A DNA stretch of 64,000 nt from Azolla caroliniana (Eukaryota; Plantae; Polypodiophyta): contig JBHGNT010000013.1 in assembly GCA_043228905.1 (NCBI GenBank), positions 18,538,001-18,602,000 on the forward strand. Reading direction: 5' to 3'. Position numbers and translations under genes: made by a program. Below are positions 1-12,800 of the stretch, one piece after another (the stretch's first letter is position 1; every line of letters begins with the position of its first letter). The notes below the pieces were generated by a model. That model had not been told where the DNA came from. It did no database searches and was given only the letters and a program-made list of their open reading frames with translations.

Positions 1-14
1 ACCTATGGGACCAC

Positions 15-43
15 AAAAATATGTACCATTTCTCGATTTGTGC
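15..43 (-). pseudogene. 3'-terminal fragment of U6 snRNA
   Basis: Reverse complement GCACAAATCGAGAAATGGTACATATTTTT matches the plant U6 3' end (…CAAATCGAGAAATGGTCCAAATTTT) and the U6 copy at 56070-56173. Confidence 0.65.
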
Positions 44-164
44 ATTTTAGAGGCAGGGATATATTTTTAGTGTCAATGGAAGACCAATTGGCAATCTATG
101 AGAGAGGGGCTGGCCCATGGCAAGGATCGAACTTCAGATCTCACAAATTTATGACCTTGGTCAT

Positions 165-275
165 AGGATGTAAACATCCAAGCCAATAGCCAAATAACAT
201 TGTCCGATGGGGACCAGGAAGATCTTGCGTTCAGCCCCCTACACATCTCAGAATGGCATCTAGTGAATTAAGAAA
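165..275 (+). mobile_element. Degenerate partial copy of the tRNA-derived element found at 46339 and 55488
   Basis: ATGGGGACCAGG…GTTCAGCCCCCTACAC…TGGCATCTAGTGAATTAAGA aligns by eye with ATGGAGATCAGG…GTTCAACCCCTACATT…TGGCATCTAGTGAATTAAGA at 55520-55582. Confidence 0.65.
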
Positions 276-880
276 AAAAAAGAACGTCTGGTGTAATAGA
301 GAGGCAGGCGTGCATGAAACTCGGGCTTTAAACCCAAGGGGCGGTCCTCGTGACCGACGGAACGGAGCGTTCCAGGTGTGTTCGTTGGGGCGGGTGGGCG
401 GGCGGGCATCATTACGTGGTGGCCGCGGTGGGCCGGCTTTTCCTAGATGAATGATTTTTACTGGCACTACCCAAAACGTGGGAGGCGTGTCTCTGTACCC
501 ACACCTCCCCCTGTATGTATATATATGTATATATATGTATGTGTATTTTTACTCTATTTCTCTTTTGTCAAATTGTGTTTTATTTCCTTTACATCAGTAG
601 AGCCAGGAAGAAGAAGGAAAGAAGAAAAGGAGGAAGGTAGAGAAGCCTCGTCGTGATCCCTCCGCCATGTCTCTCTGAAGCCCTTCCTTCATTCCTTCGT
701 CCCCTTCTTTGCCCCATCCATTCCTGCTCGGGCAGACAGCAAAGGAAAAGGAAAAGGAGGAACCTTTCACAACCAAGTTAAAAAGAATTGAAGGAAGAAA
801 CCTGAAGAAAGGAAGCGTGTTCCTTCTTCCGAATTCAAAACTTCGTTTTCATCATCCCGTAGTTTTTGTTGGGAATAATC

Positions 881-3800
881 ATGCAGAATCTTAGCGCTGA
901 TGGAATCCCCAGTGCTGAGGATCAAGAGAAATGGCTTGCAGATGCAATGGCCCTTGTGCAGCGCCACGCTTTTTACTTGCATCGAGCTCTGGTATATGCT
1001 GCATTTTCTCTCTTCATCGTTTCATCTTCTTTCTAGTGCATTATTTTTTGTAGATCCAAAGAACGAAATGATTTAGTCATAGTGCTCATACTTTTAGAGA
1101 TGATGGAGATATTTCCATTACTTGGTAATTTAATTCATGACAAATATAAGTGTACCATCTTATTGCTATCAGGTAGATTCTGATTTGTCTAGATCTAAGG
1201 AAGAAAGAATTTAAACATTAAGATTGAGACTTTTGGAGATGAGAGCATATGTTTTGTTCCGTTGCTTGCTGATGCAAGCCATATCAGAATAAGAATTACC
1301 ATTTCTTTTTCCTTTATTAGAAGCCATAAAAAAGATAATTTCTCCTGCTATTTTGGTCATGCTGGCCAGTCATGGTTATGTCTAAGTTGTAAAATTGTAG
1401 AATTTGATTTGTATTCGATCCAAGATTGGAAAGAGTTAAGCTTGGCAATCAAGACTTTGAAGATGAAGAAAATGGTATTGATGTTGTGGCTTGCAATCAA
1501 GTGCAAATATTTCAATGTCACCAACTAGCCTCTGATGTTTATATATCCAAAGAAGGAAAGGATGTTAATCTTAAAACTCAGCGTTTAGTGTTGAATATAG
1601 AGACCTAGATGGATGTTGTCTTTCCTTTTTAATTGAGACTGAACACGAACATTTTCTCAATTATTTAGCAGTGTAACACTTTTCATAGTGAAGTGTAACA
1701 CATCATGCTAATAAATAGCTTCAGATTAGTAGAAGTCCAAGGAATGAAATGTTCAAATCTCAAGATTGAGAGTTTGGTTGTGAAAGTATATGATTCCTGC
1801 ATTTAATCGACAATGGAAGTCATGTCACAGTTGAGTGTGAACATATTGATTCTAGCAAGTATCTTCTGATTTGTAAAGATAAAACAAAAGAGATTATTTA
1901 GAATAAATAAGTCTCAGACTGTGGAAATGATGATGGAGACCTAAAAGGATTTAATTGCGTATGGCGGACACTTTGCATTGGGAACTAAATATTAGAAGTT
2001 TAATCACTAAATACGATGCTTGCTGAAGAATTTTTTTGAAACACCCCAACCTGATCACACGCAACCTGAATACAAAATAACTTGTATATTTTATAGAGAG
2101 TCAAAAGATGTCATTCATCAAAATTCTATACAACACACCATTAAGTATATTTCTGTTCTATTTGGCGAGAAATAATATATGCTGAACTCTGGCTAGATAA
2201 AAAGGTTTTGAGTAGCATTATGCAATTTAAACATTAATCTGAAAGTGTTGCGCTCAACTACGAATTTACTGACCAGGCTATGATGATGAGTCTGCAGATT
2301 TTTCTTGAACTTCTTGAGTGGACAGCTCAAGGGGTGAAGTTTGCACGTCTAGGTTTTCTCTACATGTGCATGCTATAGGTGTCTCTTGCAGCGTTTTCAT
2401 GACCCTTTGTATCCTGTATCCATAAATTCAAACTCTTGGTATATGAAAATAGAGCTGGCAGCACACTTCTTATTTCATAGTAGCACTGGAAAGATCAGTG
2501 TCATAGCTTTTGGTCCTTGGCACTAATGTGTGTCGCTAACATTGATCACTTAGGTTCGAAGAATGAGAGTGTGATATGTTTGAATTAGATCTAGTTTTTG
2601 CAATGGTTCTAAATGTTTCGTCATGATCAATTTTGTATCATGTGTTCTTACTATCTTTCTGATATGATTCTCCAGCATTATGTTTACTAAAAAGGGATTA
2701 TTCCAGAATATTTGTGATTCTGCTGCTTCATTTCATCAAAATGCCAAAGAAAACAATAAATATTATTAGTGACAAACTGTCTCAAGCTCAAATATTTTAC
2801 CATACAATATGAGTGTGTCTTTGCTCATAAATGTTACTCATGATGTTGTGACAGAGAATAGATAAAAGTGGGAAAACAACAGATGCTGCCTGTTAGTAAC
2901 AGTAATATTGTCTGGATTCTGTTATGTTGATGTGTGCATTTTTCTAGTGAAGGACCATGCCTAACTATTCAATAGTGTTTCTACAATTTCTTCAATCATG
3001 AAGGAAAGGGTATTAGAAACCTCATAAGGATGAGAGTCAAATCAAATCCAACATTCTAATGTGATGAAGTAAACTACTTCAACCATGAAGGAAACAATAT
3101 TAAAAATGTCATTGAGAAACAAATAAAATCTAGCATTCCAATGAATGCAGCTAGCCCGATATGTTTTCCTAAGAACAGAATCCTTTATCATGCCTCAAAG
3201 AGAGTTTTTCTATAAAGTGCCACCAGCTCATTTCTATGCACTTGTGCATGATACATATCACAGTACGTGAATACAATCTTTCCACAATGTCCAGGGCCAT
3301 ACAACAGACGATTGCATGTTTAAATGTAAACCCATTATTGAAAATGGTGGCCTTATGATGTTTTTTCTCTCTGCTACTTTTGTTGACACTGAAAATGTTA
3401 AATGAATGTGGTCTTATTTCTTTCTATTGCAGGATAGCAACAATTTACGAGATGCACTGAAGTTTTCAGCTCAAATGCTTTCAGAGCTGAGAACGTCAAA
3501 GCTCTCACCTCAGAAGTACTATGAGCTCTGTATCCTATTTCCAATGTGGCAAGGAGTACCTTTCTGTATATGATAGGGTTTATCTATGTCTATAAATAAT
3601 TGTGTCTGTTCGATGGATAATTGAGGATATATGCACTGTATACATATAGATATGATTCAGTCTGGAGGAATTTGAGTTTCTTCTTTTACTTAAATGTTCT
3701 TTATCTCAGTTTTATGCTGTCTATCTTTTTGGGAAATAACTTGACATACTCAGATATGAGAACATTTGATGAGTTGCGTATGCTGGAAGTGTTCTTCCAA

Positions 3801-6800
3801 GAAGAAACAAAAAGGGGCTGCACTAATGCTTATCTTTATGAACTTGTTCAACATTCAGCCAACATACTACCCAGACTGTGAGTCTTCTGGTCAATAATGG
3901 ACTTCAAGAACAATCTAGTACCACCCTTGCTTTCACAATTGCATTGTCATGTACACTAGTTCTCTCTATGTGCAGATACCTTTTGTGTACGGTAGGTTGT
4001 GTGTACATAAAGTCAAAAGAAGCGCCTGCAAAGGAGATCCTTAAAGATCTGGTGGAAATGTGCCGTGGAATACAGCATCCGGTACGCGGACTTTTTCTTA
4101 GAAGCTATTTATCTCAGATTAGCAAAGACAAGCTACCAGATTCATCTTCAGAATTTGAAGGGTAAAAACGCATTCCTTTGATTACCCATTTTTGCATGCA
4201 TATGTATAGACCAACTTAGCCATAACAATTTTTTCTGAACAGGGAGGGGGGAACTGTTGTTGATGCTGTGGAGTTTGTACTTCAAAACTTCACTGAAATG
4301 AACAAGTTATGGGTGCGAATGCAACATCAGGTGAGTATTGGGACGCAAAGTATTGAGCTGATGACCTTATTTCAAAGCTAAGCTGTAGGTGTAGTACACC
4401 GGTACTGGTGCTGATCACTGCCAGGTTGGGCAGGTTAGGTCTGGGTTAGCTTGCAGGGTTCTGCTAAGGGTAGGGAAGAACAGAACACATAATGTCTCCA
4501 AAAGAGAATAATGGCTTATGAGACCTAACAAAGTTTACAAGTGTTGATGTTCGCTTGTCAATGCGAATAACACAAGAAACACAAGATTAACTAAAAGGCT
4601 TGAGCATGTGTGACCACCACCAATCGGGTTTGGCCTGATCACACATGTTTTGTGCTCATGCTGCAGTGTTATACTGTAGTGATCCTATTGTGGCAACTCC
4701 CATATTGGAAGTTTTCTGTTCTGCAGGGTCCTGCACGGGAGAGAGAGAAGCGGGAGAAAGAGAGGAGCGAGCTTCGTGATTTGGTAACATTATTATTTGT
4801 CATGTATAAAAATTATGATTCACTAATAGATGACTAACTATATCCTCTGCATGAACTTGATCTTTATAAACCTTACCCTTGCATGTATGCTAGACAATAA
4901 TACTGAGATGCACCACATTCAAAATCCAAGATTGCCGCCAAACATAATTAATGCTATGTGTTCAGATTTTGTAGCCTTTTGAGTTTTCAGGTGGGGAAAA
5001 ATTTGCACGTATTGAGTCAGCTGGAAGGAGTTGACCTAGAAATGTATAGAGATGTCGTTCTTCCACGAATTCTGGAGCAGGTACTATAAACTTTTATTTT
5101 ATTAACAATATAGTTAGGAGGAAGTTGCAAGGCGAAAGCTAATGAGTGGGAATCTGGGTTTCAGGTAGTCAATTGTAAGGATGAACTTGCCCAGTATTAC
5201 CTTATGGATTGCATTATTCAAGCCTTCCCTGATGAATACCATCTGCACACGCTGGAGACTCTTCTTGGAGCTTGCTCTCAGCTTCAGGTAAGGTATATTC
5301 ATGGCTGCATAATTATTCGTTCCAGTTTATTCATTCAGATAATTGGGTTGTTATGCAGCCAACAGTGGATGTTAAAACAATTATGTCACAGTTGATGGAT
5401 AGACTTTCGAACTATGCAAATTCTTCACCTGAGGTACATGATTGGTCTCAATATCAATGGTTAAAGCTTAATATTTACGAGAAATTTAACAACTCAATGG
5501 TTGCAGGTCCTCTCAGATTTTTTGCAAGTTGAAGCTTTCTCAAAACTTAGTGATGCTGTAGTAAAGGTATTTTAGGAATGGGTGAGCATTTGGTGAGATA
5601 AGTGGCGATTTAAAATCTTCTAATGTATGGAATGGTAGGTAAAAAGGCTCTTTCATGTGTGCCAGGTGATAGAGGCCCAACCAGATATGCCATTGGTTGG
5701 TGCCATTGGTCTACATGTTGCACTTTTAAAATTCACACTCCATGTTCATGTTGACCGCCTTGATTATGTCAACCAATTATTGGTATGAATTCCTTCAATG
5801 CTTCATGCCTTTGAGGATATAAGTGACTTGCATTTGTACATTATATAGATGAGAGATTGTTTTTGTTCATGTTATTCCAGGGTGCATGTGTCAAGAAGTT
5901 GGAAGGGTTTGGCAGAGTCAAGGACAGTAACGCTACCAAACAGATTGTTGCACTGTTGAGTGCTCCTCTTGAGAAATACAATGATGTCGTTACTGTGCTT
6001 AAATTGACAAATTATCCAAAGGTGATGGAGCATCTTGATTATAGGACAAATAAAGTGATGTCAGGTTTAATAATCCAGAGTATCATGAAGAATGGCACGT
6101 TGATTACAGAAGCTGATAAGGTGACAGATATAAATAACCTTTTGAATATTTCCATGATCAATCAATGTGCTAATCGTCACATTCTGCAGGTTGAAGCACT
6201 CTTTGAACTGCTCAAAGAGGTTATCAAGGATAGTGAAGGTGTTCCTGCACTCGATGAGGTTAGTGGGTGCAAGATGTGAGTATGACATAGATGTCAGATA
6301 CATATTTCTAAAGTTTCCTAATACCATTTGTCTCTGTAGCTTGATGAGGAAGACTTCATGGAAGAGCAAAATCTAGTTGCTCGACTCCTTCAAATGCTAG
6401 TGAACAATGATAATGATGAAATGTTCAAGGTAAAGACTGTAAATGGCAAGCAATCCTAAATTTTTAAGGGTTAGTAACCATGGCAGGCAACACAGAACCA
6501 TGGAAAATTTTCCTTGGTCTGTTTATTTGTTAGTTGTGGAGTTTGTTGTACTGTACGTATGCATGGTGAAGGAAAAAGAATGTAAAACTTCCGTTGAAAT
6601 CCTGTTTGCCATCTGTTTACTTCCATCCACTATTTTGACTCTGTATTTCTCTTTATTCCAGATACTAGTGACTGTAAGAAAACACTTTCTGAAAGGTGGT
6701 CCAAAAAGGCTTGGCTACACTCTCCCTCCTCTAATTTTCTCTGCTCTTAAGGTTGTAAAAATTTGTATGAATAACATTACCTTCCACGTATCTCAGCAAC

Positions 6801-9800
6801 TAATATCTCTTAATGATATGCAGCTTGTGAGATTGTTGCAGCACCATGGGGAGAATGATGAAGTGGACGAGTCTGCACTTTCATCTCAGAAAGTTTTCCA
6901 ATTTCTACATCAGGTAGGTGTTTTTTGTGTAGTCAGTATTAATGTGTTTATTATGGTTCCTTTGTATATTCTGTTATGGATTTGTAGACACTGGATGCAC
7001 TTTCATCCGTACCTGCCCCAGAGCTTGCATTACGTCTCTACCTACAATGTGCAGAGGTGATAATGCAACCTAACTTCATTGCTGTACTTGAATCTTTATA
7101 TTTTGACATTCATGAGTTTAGACTGGGTAATTATTGTGAACATTTTTAAAAATTGCTTTCATTTAAGAGATGTTAATACATCTTCTTTCTTCACTTTTCT
7201 GCTAAAGCAGGCTGCAAATGACTGTGATTTGGAGCCCATTGCATATGAGTTTTTTACACAGGCATTTGTGCTTTATGAAGAAGAAATTGCCGTAAGTTGA
7301 ATTTGTAGTATGGTGGGAGTCAATCAATGTCATCGGTAGTTCTGATCTTGCATATTATTTCCTAACAGGACTCAAAAGCACAGATTACTGCTATACATTT
7401 GATAATCGGCACTCTTCAGAGGATGCATGTATTTGGGGTTGAAAATAGGGATACACTAACTCATAAAGCAACTGGCGTGAGTGATTTTTATATCCATATT
7501 TATTACTCTTAGAAAGTAGACGTTTTCCAACTTTTTTTTGAATGTTTTTATCGAATTGCAGTACTCCGCTAAGCTTTTAAAAAAACCAGACCAATGCAGA
7601 GCAGTGTATGCATGCTCACATTTGTTTTGGGTTGAAGCAGAAGAGGGTGTAAAGGATGGCGAGAGGTACCATCATTTCATGGGTTAAGTTATTGTGCTTT
7701 GATCTGTGTTTAGCTCTAACATATAAATTTTTGTTAGGGTCTTGCTTTGCCTCAAACGAGCCTTGAGAATTGCAAATGCTGCTCAACAGATGGCAACTGC
7801 AGCAAAAGGAAGCAGTGGCCCAGTCACACTATTTGTGGAGATTCTGAACAAGTATAAATAATATTCCCTTTCATTAGTATAAGTATTTGGCAAGATTCCA
7901 CACATATTTCTTTGCATGGATGCATGTGGATTTAGATAAGTATGTATTAGAAAGAAAGTAAAGAGAGCCAAAATAGTTATGAAATTCATGATTAAGCATA
8001 GAGGTCAAATGGGAGAAGGGTGAAGAAATGAGAAAAACCGGGAAATTGGACATCATCACTATGGATTCATCTAATGTAGTCTATCAGGAGAACCTTCAAA
8101 TATGCAAGAGCATTGTTGGCAACTGCATGAGGTTTGGGTGTACAATCTTCTTTCTGAAATGAGGATGGATATAGGGAGTTGCTAAACAGGATTCCGACAT
8201 AAATGAGTATATGGACTTTATATTGATTTTCTGTTCTTAGAATATAATAATTTCATCGTCCACAAGGATTCCCAATGTGACCTATGGAACCAAATTAACA
8301 TATCACCTTGTATGTGTCTCCTTCCTAAGAAGGGGGGTTATTACTCAATAGTAGAAACTCTTGATGTGGAAATGATGCCCTTACATTTGTGCTCACGCTT
8401 CTTGTAGGGATTTGAGTATGATAGTTAAATTATCATGTCTAATAAGTCATCATACTTCTCGTGATTTGAGTTATATGGTGAGCATGCGAGAAGTGATATT
8501 CATCCTCCACAAGGTTTTTCGTTGCGTGCATTGTGTACCGTTGGTCTATGGTGATGATGCCATGAAGCTACCTCAACACCTAACTTGTGTTAGAGAGTTC
8601 GGAGAAGTGTTCAGGCTCTCTATGAACCAAGGCTCATGCAGGCAGTAAGATGTGGTTGTATGCATTCTGGCATTTTTACTTTGTATTGGGGCCAACAATG
8701 GGTGCTGACATTTGCTATGTAATTTTCCAATTTTGACATTTTAGCATCTTGCGACTGCATCCGTAGTGCCTTGATTGATCTGTCCTCAATGGCTAAATAC
8801 ATCAGAGCATCACCTGAGAGCTCCGATAGATCCTTTACTCTACATCTTTTAAACCATTTCATTTTGTCAAGCACAGAACCAGATGAGAGGATTTTGCTCT
8901 TATCGGTTTTTGTACCTCACATCCTATGTTGCAAGATTGTTTTGACAATCTGTGATCAGGTATATTCTTGAATTTTGTGATATACTTGCATACTCTTTGC
9001 ATGGCTAGTGTCTCTATGGGCACCTATTTCTAATACCATGACAAGATAGGATGTTGAGGATTTCACCCCCAATTGTCTACATAAGAACAATTTGGATTTT
9101 CTCTATTTCATTCCATGCACTAAGTGAGATAGTGCCATCCCACACTTCCACTCCATAAAACAACACTTGGACCACCATAGAATTGAATAACAACACTCTC
9201 ACTTCCCATCTTTGAGTATCGTGTTGGTTGTACCACTTGTATTGATTCTCTCTTGTATGTAAAAGTGGGCTAGTATCTCAGTTTAAATTGCCTTTATTGC
9301 CATAATTTTTGTTTTGTGCAAATTAACAATTAGCCCTCTAATTTGACAAAATGTTTCCATTACATCAAGTGTTGCATATAATCCAAAGTATTTGACAATA
9401 AAACAACATCGTTGGCATGTCTCACATAAGTTTTGGGCCAATTAATCCTTCTTTTTTTGCAAACTTGTTTACGATTTCTTCAACTTTATCAACACATAGA
9501 CCAAAGAGTGTGGGTGAAAGTGGACACCCTCACTTGGCCCCCATGTTTCTCAAGAAACTCTTCCATTTCCAATTGGCACCTAACTTGCTTATGTAATTGT
9601 GCTACAACTGCTCTATACTCTAATGAGATACCAATATTTATCAATTTGCTCCAAAGTTCGCTCAGTACAGTTTGAAAGGCTTTCTTGAAGTCACATAACG
9701 ACAACAGAGTGTTTTCCCTTGAAATTGACTTTCTTCCATGATTTCTCTTAGGGTAACCAAATGATTAGTAGTGGAATGACTATGTCTAAAGCCAGCTTGA

Positions 9801-12800
9801 CCAAGTGCTTATTTGTGATGGTGTTAAGCCCATAAGCTAATCTTTTGTTCCATGATAGTGCTATATAAGTTGGCCATAATCAAGCTAACCATGACAGTTC
9901 AATATCTGGATACCAAATTTTTATACCGTCCTTTATGGATTGGTTTAATCCAATTCATGAGCCAATCTTTCAGAAAAGCCTTGCTCGATAACTGCTATCC
10001 ATTGACGAGTTTGTCGTCTTGTCCATTTCAAGATCTCGATTGGTATTAAAGTTGCATCCACTGCTTTGCTATTAGCCATCCTTTTGCTCTTTTATCACCA
10101 ACTTCAATAGACACACATGCATTATATGGTGTTTCCATACTCAATGTCATAGGCATATCCCAACATGCATATAAAGCATATGTACATATTGTTATTGTTC
10201 CATCTCTTCTTTGTGAATCTGCCCATTGTATTTTCTTTATTTCACTTGAGTTGTCTCCATGTTAGGTTGGATTGGAGTTTAACAGTTTTGTTTCCTCCTT
10301 TTTTTTATTTGATAATATTGCCTCTTTCTCATCGCCAATATTCAATATGGATACAATGATAGGGATTTTTCATTTTTATATTTTGTGAACTTCAACATTT
10401 TGAGATGAGCCTTGAACTCTTGATCAAAACAAGATTTACATGGGAAACTAAGCGTTTGATATCCACCCACATGTGCACCAAAATATCAATGCCGTATCTT
10501 GAGAATGACATCCTTCAATTTCTTCCAATTGTTTTCACATCTTTCATAGGAGAGAAGTTTGGGACATAACTCTCAATCTCATTTGCAAATAAACTAACTT
10601 TATGATAGCAAGGTGTATTAATGTACCACTTTTCCTTTTGTACTTTAATGTATTGGTCAATGGCAGACATAAAATTGAGGGTGAAAAGCCCACTGCACCG
10701 AAGGATCTAACCTACAGATCCTGTAACTCAGTAGATTGTTTTTACATAATTGAGGTAAGTATGGGAGAACATCATATCTTTCTTTTGGGGATAGCTCATC
10801 ATTTATCCAACTTGACCATTGTTGGTAGGATAAAATAATTTCCCAAACCTCAGAATTCCAAACGATTCAATTAGGATCCATTATGCAAAGATTTGAGTTC
10901 ATTGCTTTTACAAACCATCCACTGCTGAAATTGCAGTCCTTGTGGTAGCCTCATCAATGTTACCGACTGAGTAAGATGCTTGTTCAGGAAGATTTTCTGT
11001 TTCTCCAAAAACAATCACCTGAAATCATTTGATTGTTTCTTGTAGACTAACATATATATATGGAGAACCAGTAAAGATTTCTGCTACAAAGAAGGGTTAC
11101 AATAAGAAACATTCTATCTTTCAAGTTCTAGCTATATATTGTAATTTGTTTCTTCAAAAGATCTCAAACATTGATATATCAAGAATGGAGAGGCCTCTGA
11201 AGAAGAAAGAAAGAAAGAAAGAAAGAAATATTAACGTCCTTTAAGAGGCCAAAATGGCCTATAAGACCAAATAAGAGATTACATCTTAAGTGTTGTCTCG
11301 TCTTTGAGAACAAATCAAAATAAAATAAATATCACACAATAAATATAAAAGTAAATAGCATGAAAAGAAAAGAAAAGAGGAAATCTGGTTTTTGGCACAT
11401 ATGAGATCCTCAAGTTAGGTATATTGTAGCTTTTGTCTTCGAAAGATCTCTAGCATAGGTCGATCCAGAATGGAAATGTCTCCGAAGCGAGGGAAGCACC
11501 TACGATGGCGGGAGATACTGGCTTTTATCTGTCGATGACAAGGGTTGTGGTCCATGGGGCCGGGGCCTACGTGCATGGCAAATTGCCATTGCCCGATCAA
11601 TTGTAACCCCTTTGTTATATCCTGGTCTGGATCCCATTTCTGTATCATGGGGTTGACTTCTAGCATTAGGAGTGATGGGGCTAAAGAAAGTTGTGATTGT
11701 TCTTTGTGGATGAGCTTGTGTGGCTGTATTCTTCAACAACTTTTCCCGATGTCTCTTGAGCTCTAGCAAGAAAAGTCCTAGGCATCGTTGGTCCTCATAT
11801 TCCATTACCTTGCGTAGTGGGCCAAAGCCTTGTTTAAAGAGGCAATGGTATCTCCCTCTGATTTCATAAAAGACACTACAATGACAAACATAGTGTTCTT
11901 CAGATTCCACTCCTTGATGACACAATTGGCAAATTCTCTCTTCTAGAGGTAGTCGTGTATATCTGCCTACCTCAATTTGTAGCTGATGTGATGAAGTTCG
12001 TAGCTGCCCTATCACACTACGCAACGCATAGGATAGATGTATGTCCATATAAGGTGGTCTGATGACAAATCCATCCTCCGATGTATGTAAGAAGTGTGTC
12101 TTATAGTGGGCCATCTTTGTACCAAGTGGTATTTTGGGGCTGATCCATGTTATCTTGTTTTCCAAGTTAATAATATCAGTTCGGATCACTCTATTCTTTT
12201 CCACATTGGTCATATTGAGATGGGGACAGTCCAAGCTATATTGGAACAGGGGCAGTGCATTTATACTCATGCCATGTGACTCAAACCCTTGCTGCATTTC
12301 AGCATACCAACAATGAGTGTCTCCATTTTCAGCCAGTTGTCTTGATGACATAAGTGCCAACCTTGGGTACCTTCGTTTAGGGAGCTCCCAAAGATGTTGG
12401 ATAAATGTCACTAATCAGAACAATGCCTCAGTTATTATAGGTGCTGCTCCCATCTTTGCCCGGATTATATCGTGGGGCACTGATGCTTTGCTCCTTATCA
12501 TGCGAGCAATCATTGACACTAAAGGTCTCTCTAAATCTTTCCAATGATTTGCCTTGTTAAGACTCGGTCCCCATGTCTCTACTCCATAGAGAAGAGTTGG
12601 TGTGACAAGCGTATCAAATAACCATAGCTTAGTCCGTGGGTCTTGGAATTGCAAATGTGCACATTGTCTCTTGAGAGCACCAAAGGCTGCATATCCACGA
12701 GAAAGTCAGGCACAAGCGGCCTCCTGTAAGGAGAACCTACGTCCTGTAAATGTTACTCCTAGGTATGTGTAGGAGCGTGTGTATTCCACCTTTTCCTCTC

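Noticed and set aside
11232-11300. LINE 3' end superficially like the U2 snRNA 5' end (GGCC.TTTTGGC)
   Set aside because: Similarity is limited to ~11 nt and the U2 branch-pairing GTAGTA context is missing.
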